Below, piece after piece: positions 22,585-34,571 of a DNA stretch of 64,000 nucleotides. The notes beneath the pieces were generated by a model. That model did not search any database and was not told where the DNA came from. It worked only from the letters and a program-made list of their open reading frames with translations. How positions within the stretch are numbered: position 1 is the first letter of the stretch; each line of letters begins with the position of its first letter. Location: the NCBI RefSeq assembly GCF_032191835.1, contig NC_083233.1:4278001-4342000 (forward strand), written 5' to 3'. The stretch is from Heteronotia binoei. Taxonomy: Eukaryota. The translations under genes and the position numbers were made by a program.

Positions 22585-23500
22585 ACTAAACTGAGGTCCA
22601 TTAGTGAGCAATGATTTGAACCAGTCCAATGCACAACCCCGTTTGTCTCCAGCTCCCTTAACAAGATGGCCTGGTCCACTGCGTCAAGGGTAGCAGATAA
22701 ATCCAGCAGGGGCAACCAGGAAGCATTTAGACGGAGGTCATCAACTAAAGCCAGCAGAGCTGTCTCAGTCTCATAGCCCAGTCTGACACCAGACGATGAA
22801 GGGTCTAGAGCAGATGAGTTATCAAAGAAAACCTGGAGTTGGTCTGCTACTGCCCTCTCAGTCATTTGTCTAGGAAGGTCAGATTAGAGACAATACCGTA
22901 CATTAGCAATAAATATTTTTTTCTGAAGGGATGGGTTTTTAGTAGCTGATGGATAACCGCTTCTTCGAGTACTCAAGGGAAGATGCTGAGTTAGTGATTG
23001 ACTAAGAATTCATTGATGTGGTCTTTACAAGGGCAAGCTTCCAGGGCACAAGAGCAGCCTTCACAGATCTCAGGAGCTTGTCAACATCCATCATGGAAAC
23101 TGGGTCAAAGTGCTCCATAAATAGAACAGGCCTGTTATTAGGCAGTTCTTCCAATGGACCCATATTACTGTGAGCATCTAAATCAGAGTGTATACTTGGT
23201 ATTTTATCAGCAGCTAATTCTTTGACCCTGATACAATGCATGCTCCATTTTAGGAGTCAGCAGATGCCAGGTTGCCTTAAGCAACTGGGATTGTCATGAG
23301 CGGGGCTGATGCAGAGAAATAGCATTTCTTAGCCACTGTCCTCATTGCCGCCTCGTGTGTCTCACAGTGAGCTCTATAACATGATCTCTCCTGCTCAGAA
23401 CAAGTCCTCTGCCAGTGCCATTCTAGACATCTCCCAGCTCCATGGCAGACCAAAGGGGCTGGGTTTCATCTCGAGAGCAGGAGAGGCCTTGAGGACAGTT
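22585..23500 (-). mobile_element. Old L2 LINE RT fragment
   Basis: LDPSSSG..GYETETALLALVDDL..LLDLSATLDAVD on minus strand, many disruptions. Confidence 0.75.
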
Positions 23501-23502
23501 GC

Positions 23503-23823
23503 TTATTAAATTTGCAGATATACTAAATTAGGAGGGGTTGCAAATACAGTAGAAGGCAGAAACAGGATACAGGATGATCATGACAGGCTGGAAAACTGGA
23601 CTGAAACCAATCAGATGAATTTTAACAGGGATAAATGTAAAGTTCTGCATTTAGGAAAAAAAAATTAAATGCATAGTTATAGGATGGGGGAGACTTGTCT
23701 AGACAGTAGTCTGTTTGAAAAGGATCTAGGGATCTTAGTGGACTATATGCTGAACATGAGTCAACAGTGTGATGTGGTGCCTAAAAAGGCAAATGCAATT
23801 TTGGGCTGTATCAACAGAAGTAT
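23503..23823 (+). mobile_element. CR1 LINE RT fragment
   Basis: LIKFAD(D)TKLGGVAN..IQDD..RLENW....MNFNRDKCKVLHLG..EKDLGILVD..LNMSQQCD..KKANAILGCI. Confidence 0.88.
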
Positions 23824-23825
23824 AT

Positions 23826-24124
23826 AGAGCCCCGTGGTACAGAGTGTTAAAGCTGCAGTACTGCAGGCCTAATCTCTGCTCCCGACCTGAGTTCGATCCC
23901 CAGCGGTAGCTGGTTTTTCAGGTAGCTGGCTCAAGGTTGACTCAGCCTTCCATCCTTCCAAGATTGGTAAAATGAGTACTCATTTGCTGGGGGGGGGGAG
24001 TGTAGATGACTGCAGAAAGCAATGGCAAACCACCCCGTAAAAAGTCTGCCGTGAAAACGTTGTGAAAGCAACGTCACCCCAGAGTAGGAAATGACTAGTG
24101 CTTGCACAGGAGACCTTTCCTTTC
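23826..24124 (+). mobile_element. Sauria (Squam1-like) SINE
   Basis: tRNA-like head with GAGTTCGATCCC; core GTTGACTCAGCCTTCCATCCTTCC..GGTAAAATGAGTAC; GCAATGGCAAACCACC tail. Confidence 0.85.
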
Positions 24125-24989
24125 CCAACAGAAGTATAACATCCAGCTCACGTGATGTGATGGTATCTGCCCATCAAAAATTGTTCCCAGGGTTTGTGGT
24201 ACCATTGTCTAAGGAAAGATCTTGTGGGGGGCCTCCAGTTCCCGGGCCCCTGGGGCTTGTGAATCTGTGGCAACCCCTGAGCCTGCGGGGCTGAGCTTTT
24301 GAGCTCTGGAGCAGCCCCCAACAGTCCCCTTAGAACTCTCCTGAGTAGGATGGACCCTTGGCCTTGCCTGACTCAGTTCAGGGAGGCCAACCTTTGAGAC
24401 TTGCACTAGATTTCGCCCCAGACGGAGGCTGATCTGTCTGTCAGAAGGAGAAACTGAACGGAATCGATTGAACTGAATATTTCTGGTCAGTCTTCCTATT
24501 GTAGAAATCTCCTTGTCCTCAACCTGGCTTAGAATGAATAATTACTTTCTTTACAAAGATCAGACAAACTAGATTTGTTTCGGGGGGGGGGGGGGGGGTA
24601 AAGTTTTGGGTTTTGCTGATGGTGCATTTTTATGTCTGTCATAAGAACAGTCCTGTGCATTGCATTGTAAGATGCCTCTCTGATTTAGGAATGTAGATTA
24701 TTGTGAAGTTCGGCCTCAGACTAGGAGATTCCCCCCCCCCCCACTTGCTGCAGTAGGGATGACCCTCCGGGATCCCTCCTCAACCCCTCCACTCTAAGCC
24801 TTCAATATGTTTGTATAAGTGTCGTCCCCATACCATTCCTCTCCTCTCCTCTCCCGCTAGTTGAAACCCTGCCTAGCCCCTCGTGCAGTGCATCTATCCC
24901 AGCACCTTGAAAGGTGCAAGAGCCCTCCACAAGGTCTGAGCACGGCAGCCCCAGAACCTGCAGGTCTCTTCCCTCGCCTCATGGCCATA

Positions 24990-25245
24990 GAACCCCTCCC
25001 CCTCAATCCACAGGATCCTCATTGCTGCCAGATGGCCATCTAGCCGCTGCTGAAAAACCTCCAAGGAAGGGGAGCCCACCACCTCCCGAGGAAGCCTGTT
25101 CCACTGAGGAACCGCTCTAATGGTCAGGAAGTTCTTCCTAATGTTGAGCCGGAAACAGATTTAATTTCAACTCGTTGGTTCTGGTCCTACCTTCCGGGGC
25201 CACAGAAACCAATTCTGCATCATCCTCTGCATGACTGCCCATGCC
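24990..25245 (-). mobile_element. CR1 RT C-terminal fragment
   Basis: GAGCCCACCACCTCCCGAGGAAGCCTGTTCCACTGAGGAACCGCTCT..AAGTTCTTCCTAATGTTGAG. Confidence 0.8.
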
Positions 25246-25859
25246 TGCTTCTTGCCCACTTGCGTGCTCCAAGCCTCTGCCTTCAGGATTGGGATGGAAG
25301 GGGGGCAGAGGGGAGAACTGCAGGGCTCCTTCTCCCTCTCAGACCACTGTTCCCACCACCATTCCGCCTCCTGCCACTTTGGCATTCATGGATTGCCTCG
25401 GCACAGCCCCTTCCCAGCTGCCGTGGCCTCCTGCATGCCACCATCTACTGTTCTTGCTGCCAGCCTCTTGGCTGCCCTGCCTTCCCTGGGCCTGGCAAGG
25501 GCACTCCTGGGGGCTGCAACCTGCCCCAGCCCCTCCCTGCCGTCTCCAGTGCTCCCAGGCGCCCAAGCGTCAGCTCTTCCCCCGGACTTTCACCAGTTGT
25601 CATGCTGGAGCTCCTGGCTGCCTTCCCTGCAGCTCCTCAAGGCTCTCCCCCAATCCTCTCTCCAGGCCCTTTAAATCTCATTCCAGCCCCATCCTCCCAG
25701 TAGTGTTGGAAAGCCACTTCCAGCCCAACCGTGTTGACTTCTGGTCAGGCCGCTGGGGGCTCCCACCTTCTGCTCAGTGGCTGTGGGGCCAGGCCTCCTG
25801 CCACACTCCCTGATCCGGATGTCTAGTGGTAACCTCCCTCCTGAGAGTTCCAGCAAGAA

Positions 25860-27740
25860 AAAGAAACCTGCATTTGCCTGGTGCTTCCCTGCTTGATGCT
25901 GTCCTTGTCGGGCCAGCATCCACCTCTGCACTCACTCATTCGGAGCACCTGTTCCTTCATCCACTGGAGAGCTGCATGGGCTGTTATGAGAACAAACAGG
26001 TTGCACAATAGATAATATCAAAGTGATGCCACTGCCCACTTTATGGCCAAGGCTTCCTCCATAAGAGTGGCGTACTCTTCTTCCCTAGGAAACAGCTTCC
26101 CACTGAGGAACTCAAATGGGTACTCTGTGTCCCATTTCTCTTTAGCCAGCACCACCCTGATCCCCACCTCTGTGCACCCAGGGCTTCAGAAGGATCCAGA
26201 GCACTGTTTAGGGCCCTCCTGACACTCCTAAGAACATAAGAGAAGCCATGTTGGATCAGACCAATGGCCCATCCAGTCCAACACTCTGTGTCACACAGTG
26301 GCCAAAAAACCCAGGTGCCATCAAGAGGTCGCCAGTGGGGCGAGGACACTAGAAGCCCTCCCACTGTTGCCCCCCAAGCATCAAGAATACAGAGCATCAT
26401 TGCCCCAGACAGAGAGTTCCAAGAATACACTGTGGCTAAGAGTCACTGATGGACCTCTGCTACAGATGTTGATCCAATCCCCTCTTCAGCTGTCTATGCT
26501 TGCAGCTGCCACCACCTCCTGTGGCAGTGAATTCCACGTGTCCATCACCCTTTGGGTGAGGAAGGGCTTCCTTTTATCCATTCTAACTCCTGGTTCCACA
26601 GTCATGTTTCCTTGACTCCATTTCTCAGCCAATCCAACAGAGGTGCTGTAGCAAGATGGGGCACGGAACAACTGTAGTACCCAGTGAGCCCTAATAGTGG
26701 AGATACTTGCTTTTTGGTGTACAGCAAATGTCATAGATGGTTGGGCCTTGGCCTGCTAAAGACAATAACATCATCAATGTAAGCTGCTGCTTACCTGTTG
26801 AGAGGGGCCAGCAGGTGCTCCACCAGCTGCTGAAACATGGGGGGTCTCCCCATGGAGCCTCAAAGGGGCATGTAGGTGAAGCGGCAACTGCGCCATAGTG
26901 TTTCAGAAGCAGCCTTTTCCCAGTCCTGCACCCTGAGAGGTATTTGCCAGTATCCCTTGGTGATATCAAGGGTGGTCAAGCACTGACCTCCCCGAGCTGC
27001 TCCAACAACTGCAGAACTCTGGGCAAAGGGTAGGCATCAAAATGGGATATGCAATTAAGCACATCTCTGGCAGGCCATCTTCACCTTGGCTCCAGACTGG
27101 AGAACGATTCGTTCCTCTGGGTGCTCTTCTGCCACCTCCCCTTTCGGCTCCTTCAAAAGGTTTACATGTAATAGTTGTGTCTTTGGGCATCCTGCTTGAA
27201 TTCCATAGACAAGAGTTTGTCCTATCCAATGGACCAAACCAGCCCCCTCCCCCTTCTGACCTAGCATGTGAGGTCTCCCCAACTCCAGGGCTCCTTCAGC
27301 CAACTGTCACTTCTTTGCCTTCTTGTCGTGGTTGGCCTTCTGCACCTGCTACGTGTCCAAGAGGTGTTGCTGAGCATAGTCCTCCTGGTCTCTCTGAGGA
27401 TTGTCTCAGTCTGCAACTTCTCTGTGTATGCCTCAATTTCAAGTGATTGAGCCCCACAGTCTCCACCCCAGCCTTCCACCAAGACTGCCAAATTCCCCCC
27501 CCCCCCAGGCATCTTACTCCCTCAGGGACTCTTGGGGCACCTTCATGGCAGCAGACATCAAGGGCTCTAACCGGAGGTCCCATTCCTGGGGCTTGTCAGC
27601 TGCGCAGCATCTCAACACCCCTTTAAATGTTTGGTTGAAATGCTCTACCAGCCCATCTGTCTGAGGTTGTCTGGTGCTTTATCCCCAATCAAGAGCAAAG
27701 TTACCTGAAGAGCCCTGATAAACAGCCAGTATCTCATTAC
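25860..27740 (-). pseudogene. Gmr1-type Ty3/gypsy pol relic (integrase, then RT, then RNase H), internally deleted, split by a CR1 insertion
   Basis: Minus strand: QTDGLVEHFNQTFKGVL; QLLHVNLLK (27151-27177); FDAYPLPRV..TTLDITKGYWQI; AAAYIDDVIVFS (26755-26790); TKKQV..LLGLTGYY; EYATL..ALAIKWAV..LFVLITAHAALQWMK. Confidence 0.85.
26229..26587 (-). mobile_element. CR1 3' end (RT tail and 3' UTR) inserted in the gypsy relic
   Basis: AAGAACATAAGAGAAGCCATGTTGGATCAG..; GCCACCACCTCCTGTGGCAGTGAATTCCAC. Confidence 0.82.
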
Positions 27741-28059
27741 ATATGCTAACCCATCTTCCGCTATATTTCAATGTATTCTTTTTTTCTAATGGTAAGCTAG
27801 AATGATGTTTACATGTGTGTTACATGTTTAAATTAAGCCTCTGAGAAACTAATGCCCTCATTTTAACCCAGAGCTAACATCACAACAGGCTCTCCTTTAT
27901 TGCACTTCACACCCAGGATGCTTAATGGCATAGACATCAATCTGCTATTCCAGTTTACATTACCCTCCGTTGTTGTTTCAGCCCAACCAACACAAACTAA
28001 CAATCACCAGACTCCAACTTGTGATTTTTTAATCTACTAAAAACATTTCCATTACTTTG

Positions 28060-28250
28060 TTTACTAATTCACTGCCCACTTTCCCCATACTTAGGACTGC
28101 TTGCCATTCTCCCCTACTGTCTGATGAAGTCTGCTTCTAGCACATGAAAGCTTCCATTCTGAATAAAACTTTGTTGGTCTTGAAGGTGTGGCTTGATCCC
28201 TGCTTTGTTCTGCTGCTTCAGACTAACCCGGCTGCCCACCTGGATCTGTT
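28060..28250 (+). mobile_element. Penelope-like terminal fragment with hammerhead-like core
   Basis: CTGATGAA-GTCTGC-TTCTA-GCACAT-GAAAGCTT (28121-28153) followed by TTGTTGGTCTTGAAGGTG..CAGACTAAC. Confidence 0.7.
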
Positions 28251-29607
28251 GAGATGTTTGCTTTTGTTCAGACTGTTGGAGACGCCAGGCCTCCAGTCAC
28301 AGATTTATAGATATATTTTAAAGTTAACTACTATGCAGATAACAGCTGACAAGCAGCAATACCAATATTATTTGGGGAAAGCCCGCAGGTGATATCACAT
28401 TTAGGCAGAGCATGATGCTCACAGGCTATGAGCCTCTTTCTCAACAGCAAGCACACAAGCTACTCTCTGCAATCCGCTGTGTGTGCAGGAAGACATGCAA
28501 AATGCCCACACATCACAAGAAAGGGTTTTTGGGGGACAACCTACAACTGCACCCCCCACCTTGTGCTCCAGCAGCTCTCCTGGCCAGAGAACCTCCACGG
28601 AGGGCCCTGGAGACAGACAGCACTGCTCCTTATAGCAAACACATCTTGTCTTCTACGCAGGCCTTGGATGGGAGGAATGGTTTGCAAACTTTGTTCTGGG
28701 AAATAGGGGCTTCCTGGAAGCTTATCTGGAGCTTCTCAATTAGAAGGTCATAAGCAACTTGCTCCCCACTCCTGGCCGTGGGGCAGGCTCTGAGATGCAG
28801 CCACAAGATGCAAGAGGGAGGCTCAGCAAGCCTGGCTAGAGCTGGCATGAATGGCATGGCTGAGCTGGAGTCTCTTTAATCGCAGGTCTTTTGCTCCACG
28901 TCCCAAGTGCTTCGCTTTTTTGCCAGAGTGCACTGTCCTCCCATCAGGAGATGGTTGTACAAGATGAGGGTCACACAAAACTGAAATCATAGTGCCAGGG
29001 GTGGGTCACGAAGCCAATGTTGAGTAGTGGGAAAAGACAGAATTTGGCCCATATGACACAGCTTTGCTTCTCAGATCCCATTAGGAGGCTGATCTGTGCC
29101 TCCCAAGTCTGAAGCACTCCTGAATGCAGTGGGGGGGGGGGGGAGGCCTGCATGACTGAATGCAAAGCCATTTTTTGGATACTGACAGCTAGAATGCCAA
29201 GGAGGACAGACTGCCTGAACACAGACCGCAAGCCCAGCTTCTTCTGCAACATGTTAATTTTGCAGAAGAGAAGAGCAGGAAAAGAAGAGCTGTACCAAGT
29301 GGTTCCTAGATCAGGTCCAAGGAACACCCAGAGTTCAATAAAGGGGTGAAAGATAAAGTGATTTCTCTTTGACCACCATTCCCAGTATAATTATAGCTGG
29401 CTAAGAAGCAAATCCTGGATAGGAATACTGGATTTCCTGGAAGAGGCTGCAGGGAAATGGAAACCTATGCACTGCCAGCATTTCCCCCCACTCTTGAAGC
29501 CAGCTAGAAAAAGGGTGGCTGAAGACAAAAAAAATGTCTTCCTTAGCTTTTAGAGGCATGCAGGTGAGTAGTGGGCCAACTAGTAGTGTGTCTGATAGTG
29601 GCCAGCA

Positions 29608-29980
29608 GGGCCGGCTCACCCACTAGGCAAACTAGGCAGTTGCCTAGGGCGCTGGCAGAGCGGGGGCATTGAATTCAGCCTTCCCCCTTAACAAATGCCT
29701 AGTTTGCCTGCTCCCCAGCCTCTTCCTCCCTCCCTTCCCCGCCAGGTCTATTTCAATGCCCAGGAACGGGCGGTCAAGCACCACGCTCCTGGGCTATCTC
29801 AAGGCGCCTCCCTCCCTGCTGATCGGCAGGCAAAATGGCACCAGAGGCTCCTGGCTCCTATGCCGGCTCTCCTGCGCACTCCCTGCCAGTGCTGGGTTGA
29901 GGGGACAGGCCAGCAGCAGCGGGAAAGACCAGCAAGCTGCTGAAAAAGCGGCTGCTGCCTCCTTCCCACTTCCTTCCTGG
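29608..29980. mobile_element. hAT-like non-autonomous element fragment
   Basis: CAGGGCCGGC..AGGCAAACTAGGCAGTTGCCTAGGGCGC terminus; other end not found. Confidence 0.45.
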
Positions 29981-29983
29981 TGC

Positions 29984-30175
29984 TATCTGTCTGGGGCAGT
30001 GATGCTCTGTATTCTTGGTGCTGGGGGGGGGCAGTGGGAGGGCTTCTAGTGTCCTGGCCCCACTGGTGGACCTCATGATGGCGCCTGTTTGGGTTTTTTG
30101 CCACTGTGTGACAGAGTGCTGGACCAGATGGGCCATTGGCCTGATCTAACATGGCTTCTCTTGTGTTCTTATGTT
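29984..30175 (+). mobile_element. CR1 3' UTR fragment
   Basis: Near reverse complement of 26229-26430; ends CATGGCTTCTCTTGTGTTCTTATG. Confidence 0.82.
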
Positions 30176-30379
30176 GTGTTAAATCCAAGTTCAATCCAAG
30201 TCTGACTAAGTCAAATTTACATATGAATTCCAATTCAGCAGCTCCCCATTGGACCTTGTGCTGTGGTGACCTTTAAGTCCTTGATGGAATGTCCTGGCAA
30301 ACTGAAGTGTTCTCCTACCATCGTTGTCATCAAAAATTGCAATATCCAGAACCCTATATATCTATGGCCAGTTTCCACA

Positions 30380-30480
30380 TACCTTCCATGTATCTGATGA
30401 AGAGAGCTGTGTTTCTTGAAAGCTTATGCTACAAATAGCAACAGACTAACACAGCTAATTCCTCTGGATCTTTTAACTGG
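30380..30480 (+). mobile_element. Penelope-like terminal fragment with hammerhead-like core
   Basis: GTAT-CTGATGAA-GAGAG-CTGTGT-TTCTT-GAAAGCTT-ATGC (30390-30429) then CAGACTAACACAGCTA. Confidence 0.7.
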
Positions 30481-30890
30481 ATGGGAGGCTGCAGCCAAAT
30501 GCAGCGAGATGGCCAAGTTGCAAGCTCATTTAGATGCTGTGGGATTTTGCAATACTGCTGTTTGGAGATTAGCAAGAAAGACCAAAGCCACATCAGGCCT
30601 AAGCTCAGTCCACCACAAGCACTGACGATGTGGGGTCAACCTGGGTTGGACAATGCTGGAAAACTCTCAGGAGCCCCATTGCCTGGATGCTTCACAGTCT
30701 GGCAGGACTGCCAAGGTTTCAAGGAGACCAGTGTTCTTAGATTCGCTGACTTCCCCCAGGGTCTCAGAGCAGCCCTTCAGTGCTCCAGTGGCTCTCTGTA
30801 AAGGAAGTCAGTCTCATTGGGCGGCTTTAGGAGTTGGTCAGAGAACTTGAGTGCATCTGAGTGGGATGTTGCTGAATGAGCTTTGAAGAA

Positions 30891-30956
30891 TTGCCTGGGT
30901 CACTGTGGTGCCAGCTCCACGTCTTGCCTGGGTCACTGTGGTGCCAGCTCCATGTG
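30891..30956. repeat. 33-bp tandem duplication
   Basis: TTGCCTGGGTCACTGTGGTGCCAGCTCCA(C/T)GT twice. Confidence 0.9.
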
Positions 30957-33106
30957 TACTGCTGAGAGGCAAGAGTGGTGAATGTTCCCTCCTCCCCCCC
31001 CCCCCCATTTTCCAGCCTTCATGGCACAGAGAATATGTGGAAAACTTTGCCCTTTCAGTGCTAATCCTTACCAACTCCCGTGTGAGCCACTTAGGTTCAG
31101 TATTTTGACTATGAAGTAGAATTAAACTGTAATGGATTAAACTGTAATGATTAAAATTTAATTAAGAATGGATCCAGTATTTAGCCTAAAACCACTATTG
31201 CTTGTGGATCTATCATCCATCATCTGTGCATTTTGCCTGAAACAATGGGTATCTTGAGATAAAGTGGTAAACAAAGACCAACTCAGTGCCTTGTTTAGCC
31301 TGGGTATAGCCAATAGCATTGCACCTTTTGGGGAGAGTCAGTGGGCAAGGAGCAAAGGGGTGTTGGCCTTTGGGCTCTTAGGCTGAGGCCTTGAAAGGAG
31401 GCAGTAGATCGAGCACTACCCACTGTGCAACATACAGCCGAGCCAGACTTTGCCCAGGGAGGGAAGGAGAAAAAACTAAAACTATGGGGACAGAGAAAGG
31501 TAGGTTGGCTGGTAGGTGAGAATAGGAGAAGGAAGTGGGGCCAGCAGCAGTACCAGTAGCCAGCAGACAACCAGGGCTGGCCTAGCACTGAATTCCACAA
31601 TGGATTTTGGCATGGCCCTGCACTGATGGCCCCTGTGCAACTTGGCCAGACTTTTCCCAAGAGGAGGGCTGCTGAAAAGTAAGAAAGAAGAGCAAGCTGA
31701 AGCCAGGTTGGTGAGAAAAAACAAAAGGGAGCAGGAAAAGGAAAGAGGTTATGGGGGCTGCCAGCAGAGGGAAAGAGGAAATAGTAGTGAGGGGGGCACA
31801 GGGAGAAATGAAAAGCCCTGCCCACCCCCCAAGGTCTTTCTGTGTTCATTCTGTTTAGAAAGCCTCTTTGGGTCCCCATTGAGGAGAGAAAGTATTCAGA
31901 TTGATAAATGCTGTTGTAAATAAATCATTCTTGCAAAGATAGTACATATTTCTGGTATGTTGCCCTACAGTGAAGTTTCTGCCTCTTGGAAAAGTTGCCC
32001 TGGATGCTGCTGCCACCTCCAGTGCTGATGCTCAATGTTGGGCTTGCAGCATGTTTCAGATCTTTGCGATGGAGAACCCCTGAAGAATCTCAAAGAATGT
32101 TTAGGATTGTCAAACTCCAGGTGGACTTGGAGATCTTCCAGAATTACAACTGATAATGAGAACATGGCTGCTTTGGAGGGTGGGTTCTATGGCATCTTGC
32201 CCTGCCAGCTGTAACCCCCAAATGCCCAGATGTTCCCAGTCAGCAACTGGCATCTCTAGTTCAGTTGCTTCCAAGAAGTGAGGAGGAGATTACTTCCTTC
32301 CCCCTCCCCCCCGCCCCGGTTGGGTTCAAGTCTCAAAACCACACCTGGCCAAGTCCTTGGAGGGCTGGAGCACAAAGCACGGTGTTTCTCCCTGTATTCC
32401 ATCACATGTTTTGGTCTGGGCATGGAGCCACAAGCCTTCTAACCACAGGTTTCTGAAGCCTGCTCAGCTATTACTGCTTAATGCTATTATGGCTTTCATG
32501 TTAGAGCCATTTGCCTTGTGGAGGAGGATGCTGTGTGGAATTCATTGATAAACAGCAGCGACAGAGAGACCCTGAGTTGGATAATTGGCTTTGTTTGTAC
32601 TCTGCCTGTCTCGATGTTCATCTTTGTTCCCAGTGGAGGGGGAAGCTGGCTCCCCCCTTGGTTCACTTGTTCCTGATTTTAATTGTGATGTCAGCTAATG
32701 AGCCCTGATTGGAATAATCGTGGCGATTACACTGGCTTTCTTCTCTCTTTGTAGTATGTAGTGGAAAGGCAGAGAGCAAAGGACCAGCAGCAACTCAGCT
32801 CACATAGGCCCTGAGGCTGGCATTTGCGGGGGGGGGGGGGGGAGGGGGGAGAGATTTGCCTCCTTGGAGCTGCTCTTCAACATTTCAGATCTAGAATCTC
32901 CCACTCTTGTTTTCCTAAGCATGTCTGATTAACTATTTGGCATGCAGCAGTTTCAGGAAAAGTAAAAATATTGAATGTGGCAAGTCAATAACACATCATC
33001 AAATCATAATTCACAGTCAACATTTGAAAATGCATGGGTTTCAGGAGAAGGCAGAATTCTGGCTCAGAAGCCTCCTTGTTCAAATGTGGGGGGGCACAAT
33101 TTAGAG

Positions 33107-33902
33107 CAGGGGTGTTGAGCTCATTTGTTATGAGGGCTGGATCTGGCATCAGTGAGGCCTTGTCGGGACAAGCCACGTGTGTCAGAAAATGTAATGCCAG
33201 GAAGTTGATATGTACACTTTAGAAAGGACACAGACAAACACAAAGATTTAAAAAACAAACAAACTTAAAACATGTTTAAAAGATTAGTAGGATGTTCAGG
33301 TGTTGTTTAGGTGTGTATCTGTTGAGAGCCAGGTTGGTTTAGTGGTTAAGTGTGCAGACTATTATCTGGGAGAACCAGGTTTGATTCCCCACTCCTCCAC
33401 ATACAGCTGCTGGAATGGCCTTGGGTCAGTCATAGCTATCGCAGGAATTGTCCTTGAAAGGGCAGCTGCTGTGAGAGCCCTCTCAGCTCCACTCACCTCA
33501 CAGGCCATCTGTTTTGGCAGAAGTATAGGAGATTGCAAGCCACTTTGAGCCTCTGATTCAGAGAGAAGGGTGGGTTATAGATCTGCAGCCGTCTTCTTCT
33601 ATAAGTTGCAAACCTACTTTTGATTTATTGACATTGAGCCTAAGACCCAGGGGAAAACATGAAATGGCTGGGCATTGTGAGCTTTTGTACATCATTTATT
33701 TAGTGTGCTGGTCAGCCAATGGAGAAAGTAGAGGCTTTGCTCTGTAGCTCCTGTGTGATTGAGCAAGCCTGGCAAAGCAAGCTGAGTTGCAGAAAGGAGC
33801 AAGAGAGAGAGAGAGGAAGCAGATGAAAATGAGTTGTTCAAGGTCCTATAGGAGCCCTCCAGGGGGCTGATATGACCCTCAGGCCACATGTTTGTGCCCC
33901 TG
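33107..33902. mobile_element. hAT-Charlie-like MITE with 8-bp TSD, containing a SINE
   Basis: CAGGGGTGT...GCCCCTG termini; perfect TSD ATTTAGAG at 33099-33106 and 33903-33910. Confidence 0.88.
33324..33600 (+). mobile_element. Squam3-like SINE nested in the hAT MITE
   Basis: GAGAGCCAGGTTGGTTTAGTGGTTAAGTG..GGTTTGATTCCCCACTCCTCCAC; TCTTCT tail. Confidence 0.85.
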
Positions 33903-34431
33903 ATTTAGAGTGCTGTAAATTGAAAAAATAAGCAGTCGGTCAGAGAGTGGGTGCCCCCCTCCCCCACAAGCAAATAGCTGCTTGCAGGGGAAACTGCAGA
34001 GGCAGTTGGGGGGGGGGGGTCTATCTGAGTGACTTTCTCCCGACTAGCTGCTGAGGTTTATCTGCTTGGGGCCTTTGGTAGAATCCTTTGCTTCTTAAGT
34101 ACTGGTGACCTTGAAAAAGTGGTGGTCAAGCCAATCTGGGCAGACGGTGGCTTTATTCCATGGCAAAGGGAATGTGGATGTGTCCTCATCTCCAGAACAG
34201 GCAGGAAGTCCCACTCCCACAGCAGCTTCCTGGCAGTGCTCAGCTGCTATCTTCAGCAGTGCAGAAGGGCTGTTTTGCAAGCCACTGCATCACTCACAGA
34301 TGGGGAAAAGATCCAGGTGGGCAGCCATGTTGGTCTGAAGCAGGAGAACAAATCTGGAGTCCAGTCAGGCATTTTGAAGAGCAACAAAAGCGTATTCAAG
34401 GTATCAGCTGTTGCGTGACGCACACCTCCTC

Positions 34432-34571
34432 AGCCGCAGGTTGGTGTAGTGGTTAAGTGCACAGGCTCTTATCTGGGAGAACCAGCTTCAATTCCCCACT
34501 CCTCCACATGCAGCTGCTGGAGTTACCTAGGGTCAGTCATAAGTCTCTTGGAGTTCTCTCAAGAGCAGTTC
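34432..34571 (+). mobile_element. Squam3-like SINE, 5' part
   Basis: TTGGTGTAGTGGTTAAGTGCACAGGCTCTTATCTGGGAGAACC. Confidence 0.8.

Noticed and set aside
24581-24598. Long G homopolymers (also ~32828, ~52307) as functional G-quadruplexes
   Set aside because: Isolated runs are common throughout this window and their lengths are error-prone
24130-24860. Possible LTR or ERV fragment
   Set aside because: No clear TG..CA termini, TSD or coding motif could be established by eye
32480-32800. Candidate conserved enhancer (repeat-free, TAAT-rich)
   Set aside because: Short motifs only; conservation cannot be judged without alignments
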